Origin: an uncultured Gemmatimonadaceae bacterium
Lineage (GTDB): Bacteria > Gemmatimonadota > Gemmatimonadetes > Gemmatimonadales > Gemmatimonadaceae
Length of the DNA: 64,000 bases
Assembly: GCA_963829055.1 (NCBI GenBank)
Contig: CAWHHI010000017.1
Coordinates: forward strand, 196,959-260,958
Direction of reading: 5' to 3'
This document shows, in pieces, positions 51,105 to 60,348 of the stretch. How positions within the stretch are numbered: the first letter of the stretch is position 1; the number at the start of each line of letters is the position of its first letter. The position numbers and the translations under genes are program-made. Under the pieces are notes generated by a model. That model made no database searches. It was given only the letters and a program-made list of their open reading frames with translations, and was not told the origin of the DNA.

Positions 51105-51687
51105 CGGGTCGCGTGACGCATGGCCGCGGCTCCAGCGTCGAGTCGGCCAGCGGCCGAGGATTGGGCTCGCTCGCGCGGGGGCCGCATTGCGCCGCAATCT
51201 CGCGTGGGTGCCGAGATGGGTTCGGTGTGCCCAGCCGTCGGGGTGAGCAGCCGCAGGCCAGGTCAAGACTTAGGAGGCGGGAATCTCACGTGCGTGCGGA
51301 ACGCTTGGTCGACCGCTGCGGGCGCCGTGCAGTCCGAGCACCATGCGGAACATGGCATCCTTCGACTTGCTCAGGTTGTGATCGGTGCACGCGGGTACTG
51401 TGATTAGGCTCGCGCGATGGCTGGCGCGATCAGTCACGTCTTTCAGGCTCCGGGGAACACGCAAAGTGGAGGCACGTGCTCGCGGCTTGTCGAGGAAGCG
51501 CTGCACAGATACCACTCAGGTACTCGCACGTTTTCCTCTAAGTACCGGCGCATCGATGGCGGGCCTCGCAGAACCCGAATCTTTCCGGAGGCCTGCTCGG
51601 CGACAGAGCTTGTGCCCACCTAACGCCATTTACGCGACTTGAGCAAATCCGCAACGCGGCTTCACCCAACTAATCCCGCGCGTCCTC

Positions 51688-51791
51688 GCCGCCTAACCGG
51701 TTGAAATGCGGCGGAGCGATGAGGCACAAGGTAACCGCTACCGAGTCAATCTACTCCGCGACCGCGATCGATACCCGCCGTGTTAGGCGGC
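51688..51791. mobile_element. Degenerate attC-like hairpin
   Basis: Perfect 10-bp terminal inverted repeat GCCGCCTAAC / GTTAGGCGGC; inner gcggag/ctccgc pairing; 104 bp. Confidence 0.5.
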
Positions 51792-51920
51792 GACACGCGC
51801 CGTCTAATCCCACCGGCAGCCGAGCGCCGTTGGAATGACCATCGGGGCACCGGGCATCACCGCCCTATCGGTACGCAACCCACGCCCACGCCCCAGCCAG
51901 ATCCCACCCGCAGTCACTCC

Positions 51921-51974
51921 TTCTGTTGACAGCTAGAGGAACACCGGTCACATTCTCCTAGACAGCTACAGAAG
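51921..51974 (+). promoter_or_regulatory. Sigma70-like promoter overlapped by two repeat boxes
   Basis: TTGACA (51926) - 17 bp - CACATT (51949); repeats ttctgttgacagctagagg and ttctcctagacagctacaga. Confidence 0.6.
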
Positions 51975-52022
51975 CCCGCGACAGCGCAACCCGCCCGTCG
52001 CGACCACCAGCCGGATCGCGCC

Positions 52023-54755
52023 ATGAGTTGGATCCACGCAGCACACACGCGGCTGCGACTCCTGTTCGCCCGCCGCGCCGCCGAAGCGCGGATGGACGAC
52101 GAATTCCGTTTCCACATCGACATGGAAACGGAGCGACTCGTGCGCGAGCGCGGGCTCGATCCGACGGAAGCGCGCCGCCAGACGCTCGCCGCCTTTGGCG
52201 GCGTCGAGAACCACAAGGAAGCGCTCCGAAGCGACCGCGGGCTCGCCTGGCTCACCGGCATGTCGCTCGACCTCAAGCTCGGCGCGCGGATGCTCGCGAA
52301 ATCTCCCGGGCTCACGCTCGTCGGCGTGGTCGGCATGGCAGTCGCCATCGCCATCGGCGCTGTGTCCTTCGCCATCATCTACACGTTCATCGGCACCACC
52401 GTCCCGCTGGACGACGGCGACCGCGTCGTCGTGATCCAGAACGTCGACACGCGCCGCAATGGCGACGGAGCCGAGACGCATCTGCACGACCTCGCGACGT
52501 GGCGCGAGTCGCTGCGGTCGGTCAGCGAGATCGGCGCCTACCGGTTGGTGGACCGCAACATCATCTCGGCCGGCGCACGCCCTGACCCGATGCGCATCGC
52601 CGAGATGACTGCGTCCGGATTCCGCATCGCGCGCGTGTCCCCGATCCTCGGGCGCTACTTCCACGATGACGACGAGCGGCCGGGCGCGGCGCCCGTCGTC
52701 GTGATCGGGTATGACGTGTGGCAGAATCGTTTCGGCGGCGAGCCCGGCATCGTCGGCCGAACCGTGCAGCTCGGCGCGACCACGCACACCGTGGTCGGCG
52801 TCATGCCCAGGGACTTCGCCTTCCCGGTCAACAACCGTGTCTGGACTCCGCTGCGGCTCAATCCATCGGACTTCGAACGTGGCAAGGCCCCACCGATCGA
52901 GGTGTTCGGCCGCCTGGCGCCGGGCATCACGACGGACCAGGCGCAGACGCAGCTGGTGGCGATCGGCAAGCGGCTCGCAGCCGAGTATCCAAAGTCGCAC
53001 CAGCAGATCCGGCCGCGCGTCCTCCCGTACGCGCTCTCGTTCTTCGACAGCCCGGAGCTCGTATGGGCACTGCACCTCGTCCAGCTCCTCATCACCATGA
53101 TCCTGGTGGTGATCGGAACGAACGTCGCGACGCTCGTCTACGCGCGCACGGCGAGCCGCATGCGCGAGATCGCCGTGCGGACCGCGCTCGGTGCGAGTCG
53201 CCGACGCATCGTCGCGCAGCTGTTCACAGAGGCGCTGGTACTCTCCGCGATCGCCGCCGCGGTTGGACTCGGCGGCGCATCGGTCGCACTGCGGTACATC
53301 AGGGAGTACGCGAACAGGATGGCCGGAGAGCAGACTCCGTACTGGATGGACTTCGGATTCTCGCCCGGGCTGCTGCTGTACGTGGCCGGGCTCGCGGTCA
53401 TCGGCGCAGTGATCGTCGGTGTGCTTCCCGCTTTGAAAGCGACGGGACGACGCGTGCAGGTGAATCTGCAGCAGCTCGGCGCCACCGGATCCGGTATGCG
53501 GCTGGGCAAGACGTGGACGGTGCTGATCGTCGCGCAGGTTGCCGTCGCGGTCGCGCTGCTCCCGGTGGTGCTGTACTCCCTCTTCGTGCAACAAGGCCCG
53601 CCCGCCACGACGGGACCAGAGTTCGCGACGAGCGAATGGGTCACCGCCACGGTGCATCTCGACCGCGACGGCATCTCCACCCTGTCCGACAAGGATGACG
53701 CGCCGTTCGCAGCGCGACATGCGATGCTCGAGGGTGAGCTCGTGCGGCGCCTTCGCACCGAACCCGGAATGACCAACGTCCTGCTCGCGTCCGCGGTGCC
53801 CGGCAGCGAGCCAATGATCCGAGTCGAGGTCGAGAACGGACGAGCGGCAGCGATGCCGGATACCGCACGAGCCGCGGAATCCACAGGTCGCCCAACCAGA
53901 ATTTCTCGCGTCGACCTCGAGATGTTCCGCGCATTCCAGGTCCCGATCCTGGCGGGCCGAGGCTTTCAGACCGGAGACGTCTCGGCCACCGCCACGGCTG
54001 TGATCGTGAATCGGTCGTTCGTGCAGCAGATCCTTGGAGGAGGAGAGCCACTCGGCCGCCGGATCCGTCCCGCTGCAACCCAGCCCGACGGGCCCGTCGA
54101 GAGTCTGCCCTCGGGTCCATGGTACGAGATCGTCGGGGTCGTTCCAGACTTCCCGACCCCGGCCAGCGCGTCCGATGTCACGCCCAAGCTCTATCGGCCG
54201 ATCGTACCGGGAGCCACGAACCCGGTAACCCTCGCGATTCGCGTGAAGGGCGCACCGCCATCGAGCGTCACCGGGCGCTTGCGCGAGGTGGCCGTCGCGG
54301 TTGATCCGATGCTTCGCCTCGAGGATATCCGCCCACTCGACGAGACGTTGAGCGTCGAGCGGATGGCGAGCCGGGTCATCTTCGTGGCGGTCACGCTCGT
54401 GTCGCTGAGCGTGGTCCTCCTCTCCGCTGCCGGGATCTATGCCCTGATGTCATTTACCATCGCCCGGCGCCGACGCGAGATCGGGATTCGCACCGCGTTA
54501 GGGGCGGGACCCCGGCGCGTGATCACGGGCGTCCTCTCGAAAGCGGCCCGTCAGATCGCGATCGGAATCATCATCGGCATCGCCCTCGCAGGCGTACTCG
54601 TCCAGGCGATGGAGGGTGGTATGGGCGACGTCCGCGGCGTCGTTGTCCTCGGAGGGGTCGCCGCACTCATGGCGACGATCGGCCTGCTGGCTGCATGGGG
54701 CCCCGCGCGACGCGCCCTCCGAATCCAGCCCACGGAGGCGCTGAAGGCAGAGTAG
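52023..54755 (+). CDS. ADOP-type duplicated ABC permease (910 aa, intact)
   Basis: MDDEFRFHIDME, NVATLVYART..R.REIAVRTALGASR, REIGIRTALGA, PARRALRIQP.EAL. Confidence 0.92.
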   Translation: MSWIHAAHTRLRLLFARRAAEARMDDEFRFHIDMETERLVRERGLDPTEARRQTLAAFGGVENHKEALRSDRGLAWLTGMSLDLKLGARMLAKSPGLTLVGVVGMAVAIAIGAVSFAIIYTFIGTTVPLDDGDRVVVIQNVDTRRNGDGAETHLHDLATWRESLRSVSEIGAYRLVDRNIISAGARPDPMRIAEMTASGFRIARVSPILGRYFHDDDERPGAAPVVVIGYDVWQNRFGGEPGIVGRTVQLGATTHTVVGVMPRDFAFPVNNRVWTPLRLNPSDFERGKAPPIEVFGRLAPGITTDQAQTQLVAIGKRLAAEYPKSHQQIRPRVLPYALSFFDSPELVWALHLVQLLITMILVVIGTNVATLVYARTASRMREIAVRTALGASRRRIVAQLFTEALVLSAIAAAVGLGGASVALRYIREYANRMAGEQTPYWMDFGFSPGLLLYVAGLAVIGAVIVGVLPALKATGRRVQVNLQQLGATGSGMRLGKTWTVLIVAQVAVAVALLPVVLYSLFVQQGPPATTGPEFATSEWVTATVHLDRDGISTLSDKDDAPFAARHAMLEGELVRRLRTEPGMTNVLLASAVPGSEPMIRVEVENGRAAAMPDTARAAESTGRPTRISRVDLEMFRAFQVPILAGRGFQTGDVSATATAVIVNRSFVQQILGGGEPLGRRIRPAATQPDGPVESLPSGPWYEIVGVVPDFPTPASASDVTPKLYRPIVPGATNPVTLAIRVKGAPPSSVTGRLREVAVAVDPMLRLEDIRPLDETLSVERMASRVIFVAVTLVSLSVVLLSAAGIYALMSFTIARRRREIGIRTALGAGPRRVITGVLSKAARQIAIGIIIGIALAGVLVQAMEGGMGDVRGVVVLGGVAALMATIGLLAAWGPARRALRIQPTEALKAE

Positions 54756-54794
54756 CCGGACGGAAAAGCGCCTCGGCGCTATCTTTCCGGGGCC

Positions 54795-55490
54795 ATGACT
54801 GACCGACGATTCAATGACGATGAAGTCGCCGCGATCTTCGCAAAGGCGACTGACGTGCAGCAAACCGGCCAACGGCAGCTCTCGTCGGGCGAGGGCCTGA
54901 CGCTCACCGAGCTCCAGGAGATCGGCCGTGAAGTGGGGATCGCCCCCGAGCTCATCGCGCAGGCGGCGACGTCGATCGACAAGGTCGGCACCCCGACTGC
55001 CCGAAAATTCCTCGGCCTCCCCATCGGTGTCGGCCGCACGGTCGAACTCGACCGAAAGCTGTCCGACGTCGAGTGGGAGCAGCTCGTGGTGGATCTGCGC
55101 GAGACGTTCGACGCGCGTGGAGTCGTTAGGCAGGAAGGGTCGTTCCGGCAGTGGACGAACGGCAACCTGCAGGCGCTCGTCGAGCCGACCGCGACCGGGC
55201 ATCGGATCCGTCTGCGCACCATGAACGCCGGCCTGCGCGCCTTCATGCTCGGCGGGCTCGGGATGATCGGAATGGCCGGGGCGACGTCGATAGCCGTGGC
55301 GGTAGGCGGAACGAGCAGCCTGGGGTCGATCGTGGAGCTCGGCGTCATTGGCGCCGGAATGTTCTCGTACGGCGCGCTTCGACTTCCGGGGTGGGCCCGG
55401 CTCCGTCGTCAGCAGATGGAGCAGCTCGCCGCGCGGCTCACCGGCAAACCGGCGTTGCCGCCCGCGCCGATTCCAGACGACGAGCGTTAG
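54795..55490 (+). CDS. Hypothetical membrane protein
   Basis: RRF.DDEV..IF..A...GLTL.EL.EIGREVGI N-terminus; two C-terminal TMs. Confidence 0.75.
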   Translation: MTDRRFNDDEVAAIFAKATDVQQTGQRQLSSGEGLTLTELQEIGREVGIAPELIAQAATSIDKVGTPTARKFLGLPIGVGRTVELDRKLSDVEWEQLVVDLRETFDARGVVRQEGSFRQWTNGNLQALVEPTATGHRIRLRTMNAGLRAFMLGGLGMIGMAGATSIAVAVGGTSSLGSIVELGVIGAGMFSYGALRLPGWARLRRQQMEQLAARLTGKPALPPAPIPDDER

Positions 55491-55533
55491 GCATCGTCCG
55501 CGCAGCAAGCCGCGGCGCACGCCGGGCGTGCGA

Positions 55534-56130
55534 TCAGTCTGGCAACGCGGCCAGACGCGTGAGATCGCGCCAGCCGTAGTTCCCGGTTCCAGGATCGCTG
55601 TCCGTCTTGTCTGCGCCGAGTGATATCCAGGCGCGACGCGATGGGTTGCGAGCGTCTCCAGAGAGCCACATCGAGGTGATCCCCAGGCTCAGGAATCGTC
55701 TGGCGACACGGCCGATCAGTCGTTTGCCCAGTCCGAGTCGTTGGTACTCTGGCAACAGGTAGATCTTGCGCAGCTCGCCGCCGAATTCGGGGTTGTCGCT
55801 TCGGTTTGCCTGCGCGAAGCCGACGAGCTCACCGTCGGAGCGTTCGACGACGAAGCAGAACCAGCAGGCGTCCGCGGCGGCAAACGAGTCTCGCCATTGC
55901 CGCTCACGCGTCTCATGGCTCGGCCCTTTCATGAGCAGCGGTGCATACGTCGCGTTCCACGTCGTCACGTGAAGTCGCGTGAGCGATGGGACGTCCGCGG
56001 CTGTGGCGTCGCGAATGGTGAGCGACGCCGCCGACTCGCCACGAGCGTGGAGTCGGCGCTCGTTCGCCCATTTCGATGGCCGTCCGAGCGAGGCGAACGT
56101 TCGCCACAAGCCGAAGAGAATTCGCTTCAC
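55534..56130 (-). CDS. GNAT N-acetyltransferase
   Basis: IRDAT.AD, LVGFA, IYLLPEYQRLGLG; GTG start overlaps the upstream TGA. Confidence 0.82.
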   Translation of the reverse strand: MKRILFGLWRTFASLGRPSKWANERRLHARGESAASLTIRDATAADVPSLTRLHVTTWNATYAPLLMKGPSHETRERQWRDSFAAADACWFCFVVERSDGELVGFAQANRSDNPEFGGELRKIYLLPEYQRLGLGKRLIGRVARRFLSLGITSMWLSGDARNPSRRAWISLGADKTDSDPGTGNYGWRDLTRLAALPD

Positions 56131-56582
56131 GCAGTCGTTAGGCGGCTGGCACGTCTTACGTGAATGAGGGCGACCAGCGCCGCGACGGCGAAGAGATTGA
56201 TACCCGCGCCGATACCCGCGCCGGGGTCGGGCAACCCGATGCGGAAGGCCGCGGTCGCACCAACGATGGCATCCGGCCCACGCCCTGTCGTATAGCTGCC
56301 GACGAGCGCGATCCCGCTCGTCATGCGATACGCGGCACCAGGCATCCAGATCCACAGCACCTGTGCGGCCTGTACCGCGATCGATAGGCCCAGAGCACCG
56401 GTCAACCGACGCAACAATCGCCATCCCGCGACCGCGCTCACCGCGCAGAATAGCACCGCAAACGCGGTGTGCCACACGGGACGAGCGGAGTCGAGCGCCT
56501 GCGCGATGAACACGACCGCGCCGACCGCACCGCCGATGATCTCCGAGGCCGAGAGCAGCAGGCGCCAACCGCCTGGACTCAT
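56127..56582 (-). CDS. Hypothetical membrane protein
   Basis: Several hydrophobic helices; coupled to the GNAT start (GTGA). Confidence 0.6.
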   Translation of the reverse strand: MSPGGWRLLLSASEIIGGAVGAVVFIAQALDSARPVWHTAFAVLFCAVSAVAGWRLLRRLTGALGLSIAVQAAQVLWIWMPGAAYRMTSGIALVGSYTTGRGPDAIVGATAAFRIGLPDPGAGIGAGINLFAVAALVALIHVRRASRLTTA

Positions 56583-56751
56583 CACTCGGCGACGCCAGAC
56601 GCTCACAGGGACGGGGCCACGAGAGTGCGACGCCTGTTGCGGTCGGCTGGAAAGTCCCCCAGTCTCTTTCACCTGTGATTGTAGCCGAAGCTCCTCTCAG
56701 GGGACGAGCTCATTCCCGTCTCCGATCATCCAAACAAGGGCAGGGTACCCC

Positions 56752-57234
56752 ATGATGCTCACACCACACACGCGCGCACTCTCCAGGGCTCTCGCCCTGT
56801 CCCTCGCGCTCACCCTCACGGCCTGCGGGCCCAAGGATGCCGACATCAAGACCGGCGTCGATCAGGCCATCGCCGGAGCGCAGGGCGTAACGGCAGAGGT
56901 GTCAAAGGGCGTCGTCACAATCTCCGGGCAATTCGCCGACGAGGCAACGAAGGCATCGACCGAAGCGGCGGTGAAGGCGGTGAAGGGCGTCAAGTCCGTG
57001 GTCGACAACGCTACCGTCACGCCCCCGGCGCCCGTCGTCATCTCGCCCGATGATTCGCTCAGGACCAACGTCACCGCTGCGCTGAAGGACTTCCCCACCC
57101 TCTCGGCCGACGTGAAGGACGGCGTTGTCACGCTCACCGGCGAGATCAAGAAATCCGAGCTCCCGAAGGCGATGCAGGCGGTCTCCGCGCTCAAGCCGAA
57201 GAAGATCGTGAACAAAGCCACGGTGAAGAAGTAA
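56752..57234 (+). CDS. Dual BON-domain lipoprotein
   Basis: Lipobox LTAC; V.KGVVTISG...VKGVKSVVDN and VKDGVVTLTG. Confidence 0.88.
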   Translation: MMLTPHTRALSRALALSLALTLTACGPKDADIKTGVDQAIAGAQGVTAEVSKGVVTISGQFADEATKASTEAAVKAVKGVKSVVDNATVTPPAPVVISPDDSLRTNVTAALKDFPTLSADVKDGVVTLTGEIKKSELPKAMQAVSALKPKKIVNKATVKK

Positions 57235-57267
57235 TCCGCCCTCTATCTCAACGACGGTCAAATCTCC

Positions 57268-57690
57268 ATGCCGACCCTTCAGGACAAGTACGCGGATCTC
57301 ATCAGCGCCGCGAAAGCTTCGGGTGCTTCGAACCTCGCCGTGCGCGCACAGGACAACGTGCTCTACATCGACGGCGTCGTGCCGACGGGCGAAGCGAAAG
57401 ACAAGCTGTGGAACATCTACGACAAGATCGACCCTGACTTTCGGAGCGGGGATCTCGTTCTCAACCTCGACGTCTCACCGGCCGCGCCGTCCACTCGACT
57501 CAAGGTCACGACGCAGAGCTCGAACCTGAACATCAGGAAGGGCCCGGGCACAGACCAGCCGATCATCGGCAAGGCCGCCCACAATTCGGAAGTGACGCTC
57601 CTCAGCAAGTACAACGACGAGTGGGCGCTGGTCCGCTCCGCGAACAATGAGGAAGGCTACTGCTCGTTGAAGTACCTCACGGCGATCTGA
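57268..57690 (+). CDS. Protein with BON-like N-terminus and C-terminal SH3b domain
   Basis: LQDKY..LI...QDNVLYIDG...KLW..Y..IDP; LNIRKGPGT...IIG...W..V.....EGY. Confidence 0.82.
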   Translation: MPTLQDKYADLISAAKASGASNLAVRAQDNVLYIDGVVPTGEAKDKLWNIYDKIDPDFRSGDLVLNLDVSPAAPSTRLKVTTQSSNLNIRKGPGTDQPIIGKAAHNSEVTLLSKYNDEWALVRSANNEEGYCSLKYLTAI

Positions 57691-57691
57691 G

Positions 57692-57782
57692 CCTAACGAC
57701 TGCGAGGCGCTTGTTGCTGGGTGTGGGTGCTTGTGGCTGGGTGCACTCAGCAACACCCAGCCACCAGCGCCTCGCAGTTAGG
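57692..57782. terminator. Long hairpin between convergent genes, bounded by CCTAAC / GTTAGG
   Basis: cctaacgactgcgaggcgct...gctgggtgt / acacccagc...agcgcctcgcagttagg. Confidence 0.55.
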
Positions 57783-60123
57783 GCACAATTTGCGGCTTGC
57801 CGATTTGATATTCCTTCGGCGGCTCCGCCCCCTGGAGGTTCTTCACGAAATAATCCCAGCGCCGGCGCATGACGTAGTTGTTGTCCACGCCGTATCCGTG
57901 ACGCGCGTGCGGCAGCATGATCAGATCGAAATCCTTCCCCGCCTTTACGAGCGCGTCGACCACCATCTGGGTGTTCTCCACCGGCACGTTGTCATCCATC
58001 TGACCGTGCACCAGCATGAGCTTCCCCTTCAGATTCTTCGCGTACGTCTCGTTCGCCTCGGCCGCATAGTTGTCGGTCGCGCCGTTCTTCGCGAGGAGAC
58101 CCTGATAGCGCTCGCCCCAGTCGTCCTCGTAGTTGCGGTTGTCGTGATTGCCCGACTCCGCGATGCCGACGTCGAAGAAGTCCGTGAACTTGAACATCGC
58201 CGACGCCGTCGCGAAGCCACCGCCCGAGTGCCCCCAGATCCCGACCTTCTCGCCATCGATGAACGCATAACGCTTGGCGAGCTCCTTGATCCCCGCGACC
58301 TGATCGGGAATCGTGTTGTCGCCCATGTGGCCGTAGTACGTGTCCGAGAACGTCTTCGACCGGCCCGGCGTTCCCATGCCGTCGATCGCGACGACGACGA
58401 AGCCGAGCTCCGCCAGCGCCTGGTGATCGCCGCGCGCCGGTGAGAAGCTGCGACTGCCGACGCTGCCACTCTGCGGACCGGGATAGATGTCGTCGATGAT
58501 CGGGTACTTCTTGGACGAGTCCATCTTCGACGGCGTGAACATGAGACCGTAAATGTCGGTCTTCCCATCGCGCCCCTTCATCTTGACCGACGTCGGCGGC
58601 CGCCAGCCCGTCGCGACGAGGCGCGAGATGTCCGCCTTCTCGAGCTGCTGGATGACCTTTCCGCTCGCGTCGCGCAGCACGGTGATTGGCGGCGTATCGG
58701 GCGTGGAGTATGAATCCACGAAGTACTTCCCGTCCGGCGACATCGAGACGTTGTGATTCGCATTCTCCGGCGTCACTAACGTCTGTCCTTTGCCGTCGAA
58801 TCCGATCTTGTACAAATGCTGGTAGTAGGGGTCGCGGCCCGCCTCCTTGCCCTGCCCCATGAAGTAGATGACGCGCGCCTTCTCGTCCACGCGGACGACG
58901 TCTTCGACGTTGCCCTCACCGGTCGTGATGCGATTCTTGAGCTTCCCTGTCGTCAGGTCGTACAGGTAGAGGTGAATCCAGTCGTCACGCTCGGACCACC
59001 AGATCAACTCGTTCGACGCCGGCAACACGCGCCACAGATTCTCGGGCAACGACGCATCACCCACCTGCGTGGCGGCGTGTTCCTCGAACAGCGTCTTCAC
59101 TTCACCCGTCTTCGCATCGGCAACGCGGAACCACGCCGTCTTGTGGTCGCGCGAGCTCGAGATGAACGCCAGGTGAGACCCATCCGGGTACCACTGCGCG
59201 TCGCAGATCTCGCCGCCGCAGTTGACGTGATCCGACACGGTGGACCGATGGGCGTCCGGCGGCATGTCGAGCCGGAGCACGTGTGCACCGCCGTTAGGCA
59301 GCAGATGAATGATGACGCGGCTGATGCGGAAGATCACGCTGTCGCCGGGCATCGGATACTTCCACGCGTCCAGCTTCGGGCCGCCGACGTTGGTCGAGAC
59401 GAGATACATCTCGCGCACGCCGCGTCCGTCGTGCTGGAACGTCGCGATCTGCTTCGAGTCCGGTGACCACGTGAGTACCGGACGGTCGCTATGCGTCCAG
59501 CCGGCGTTGTCGGTCGCGTAGCCGAAATCCTTGATGCCGTCCGTCGTCAGCTGGGTCTCGCGCCCGCTCGCCAGCTCGCGCGCCCACAGATTGTTGTCCT
59601 TGATGTAGGCCGCCAGCTTCCCGTCCGGCGACACGGTCGAGTTCTCCGGCGCGCGTCCGCTTGCCGCGGTCGAGTCACCACCGGCACACGTGTACTGCTG
59701 GAGATCGCAGGTCCAGCGACGATTCTGCAGGTTGACCGTGATCGACCTGCTGTCCTTGGAGAGGTCGAAGGACTGAAACGGCAGGCGATTACCCTCGACA
59801 CGCCCTCCGGACGCCGACGCCAGCGCGGCCGCTAGCCGAGTGCGGTCGAACACCTCGGTGCGCGTGCGCCGAACGGGGTCGACGAGGAAGAACGCGCCGC
59901 CGTTCGCGATCGTCGTGCGGTACCAGAACCGGCCGTCGTCGAGCCAGCGCGGAGGCCCGCTGAGTCCGCTCACCAACGACACCGTCGAGGCGCCAAGGAA
60001 CCGCTCGGCCCGTCCATAGTCTTCGGCGGTGAGTTGACGCGGCGGTTGCACAGCGGCCTGCCCCGACAACGACGAGGCAAAGGGCGCCGCGACGATCAAC
60101 AGGGCGGCAGAGGAAAGGCGCAT
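57778..60123 (-). CDS. S9B (DPP-IV-like) dipeptidyl peptidase, secreted
   Basis: Signal peptide; beta-propeller SPDGK repeats; YPGPQ, WGHSGGG (Ser), DDNV (Asp), HGY (His). Confidence 0.92.
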   Translation of the reverse strand: MRLSSAALLIVAAPFASSLSGQAAVQPPRQLTAEDYGRAERFLGASTVSLVSGLSGPPRWLDDGRFWYRTTIANGGAFFLVDPVRRTRTEVFDRTRLAAALASASGGRVEGNRLPFQSFDLSKDSRSITVNLQNRRWTCDLQQYTCAGGDSTAASGRAPENSTVSPDGKLAAYIKDNNLWARELASGRETQLTTDGIKDFGYATDNAGWTHSDRPVLTWSPDSKQIATFQHDGRGVREMYLVSTNVGGPKLDAWKYPMPGDSVIFRISRVIIHLLPNGGAHVLRLDMPPDAHRSTVSDHVNCGGEICDAQWYPDGSHLAFISSSRDHKTAWFRVADAKTGEVKTLFEEHAATQVGDASLPENLWRVLPASNELIWWSERDDWIHLYLYDLTTGKLKNRITTGEGNVEDVVRVDEKARVIYFMGQGKEAGRDPYYQHLYKIGFDGKGQTLVTPENANHNVSMSPDGKYFVDSYSTPDTPPITVLRDASGKVIQQLEKADISRLVATGWRPPTSVKMKGRDGKTDIYGLMFTPSKMDSSKKYPIIDDIYPGPQSGSVGSRSFSPARGDHQALAELGFVVVAIDGMGTPGRSKTFSDTYYGHMGDNTIPDQVAGIKELAKRYAFIDGEKVGIWGHSGGGFATASAMFKFTDFFDVGIAESGNHDNRNYEDDWGERYQGLLAKNGATDNYAAEANETYAKNLKGKLMLVHGQMDDNVPVENTQMVVDALVKAGKDFDLIMLPHARHGYGVDNNYVMRRRWDYFVKNLQGAEPPKEYQIGKPQIVP

Positions 60124-60348
60124 GGGAGTGACGGTGAGCCGGTAGTGGGATCGAGCGCAGTCCGGAATGCGTACGCCGGATCGCGTCGACAAGCTACGCC
60201 GCGGTCGGAATCGGCGGGAGACGGGTAGCAGGTCCGCTTCCTGTCGCTCGACCGACCGGTTCTGCATACTCCCCGCATCGAGGGGCTCGGTGTTGGACGC
60301 AATGGTGCGTCCCGCGAATCGCGGCCCCCTCGCCGCGACGCACAATGG

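Noticed and set aside
51966..53720. 584-aa minus-strand ORF
   Set aside because: Antisense shadow of the intact ADOP permease; no domain motifs.
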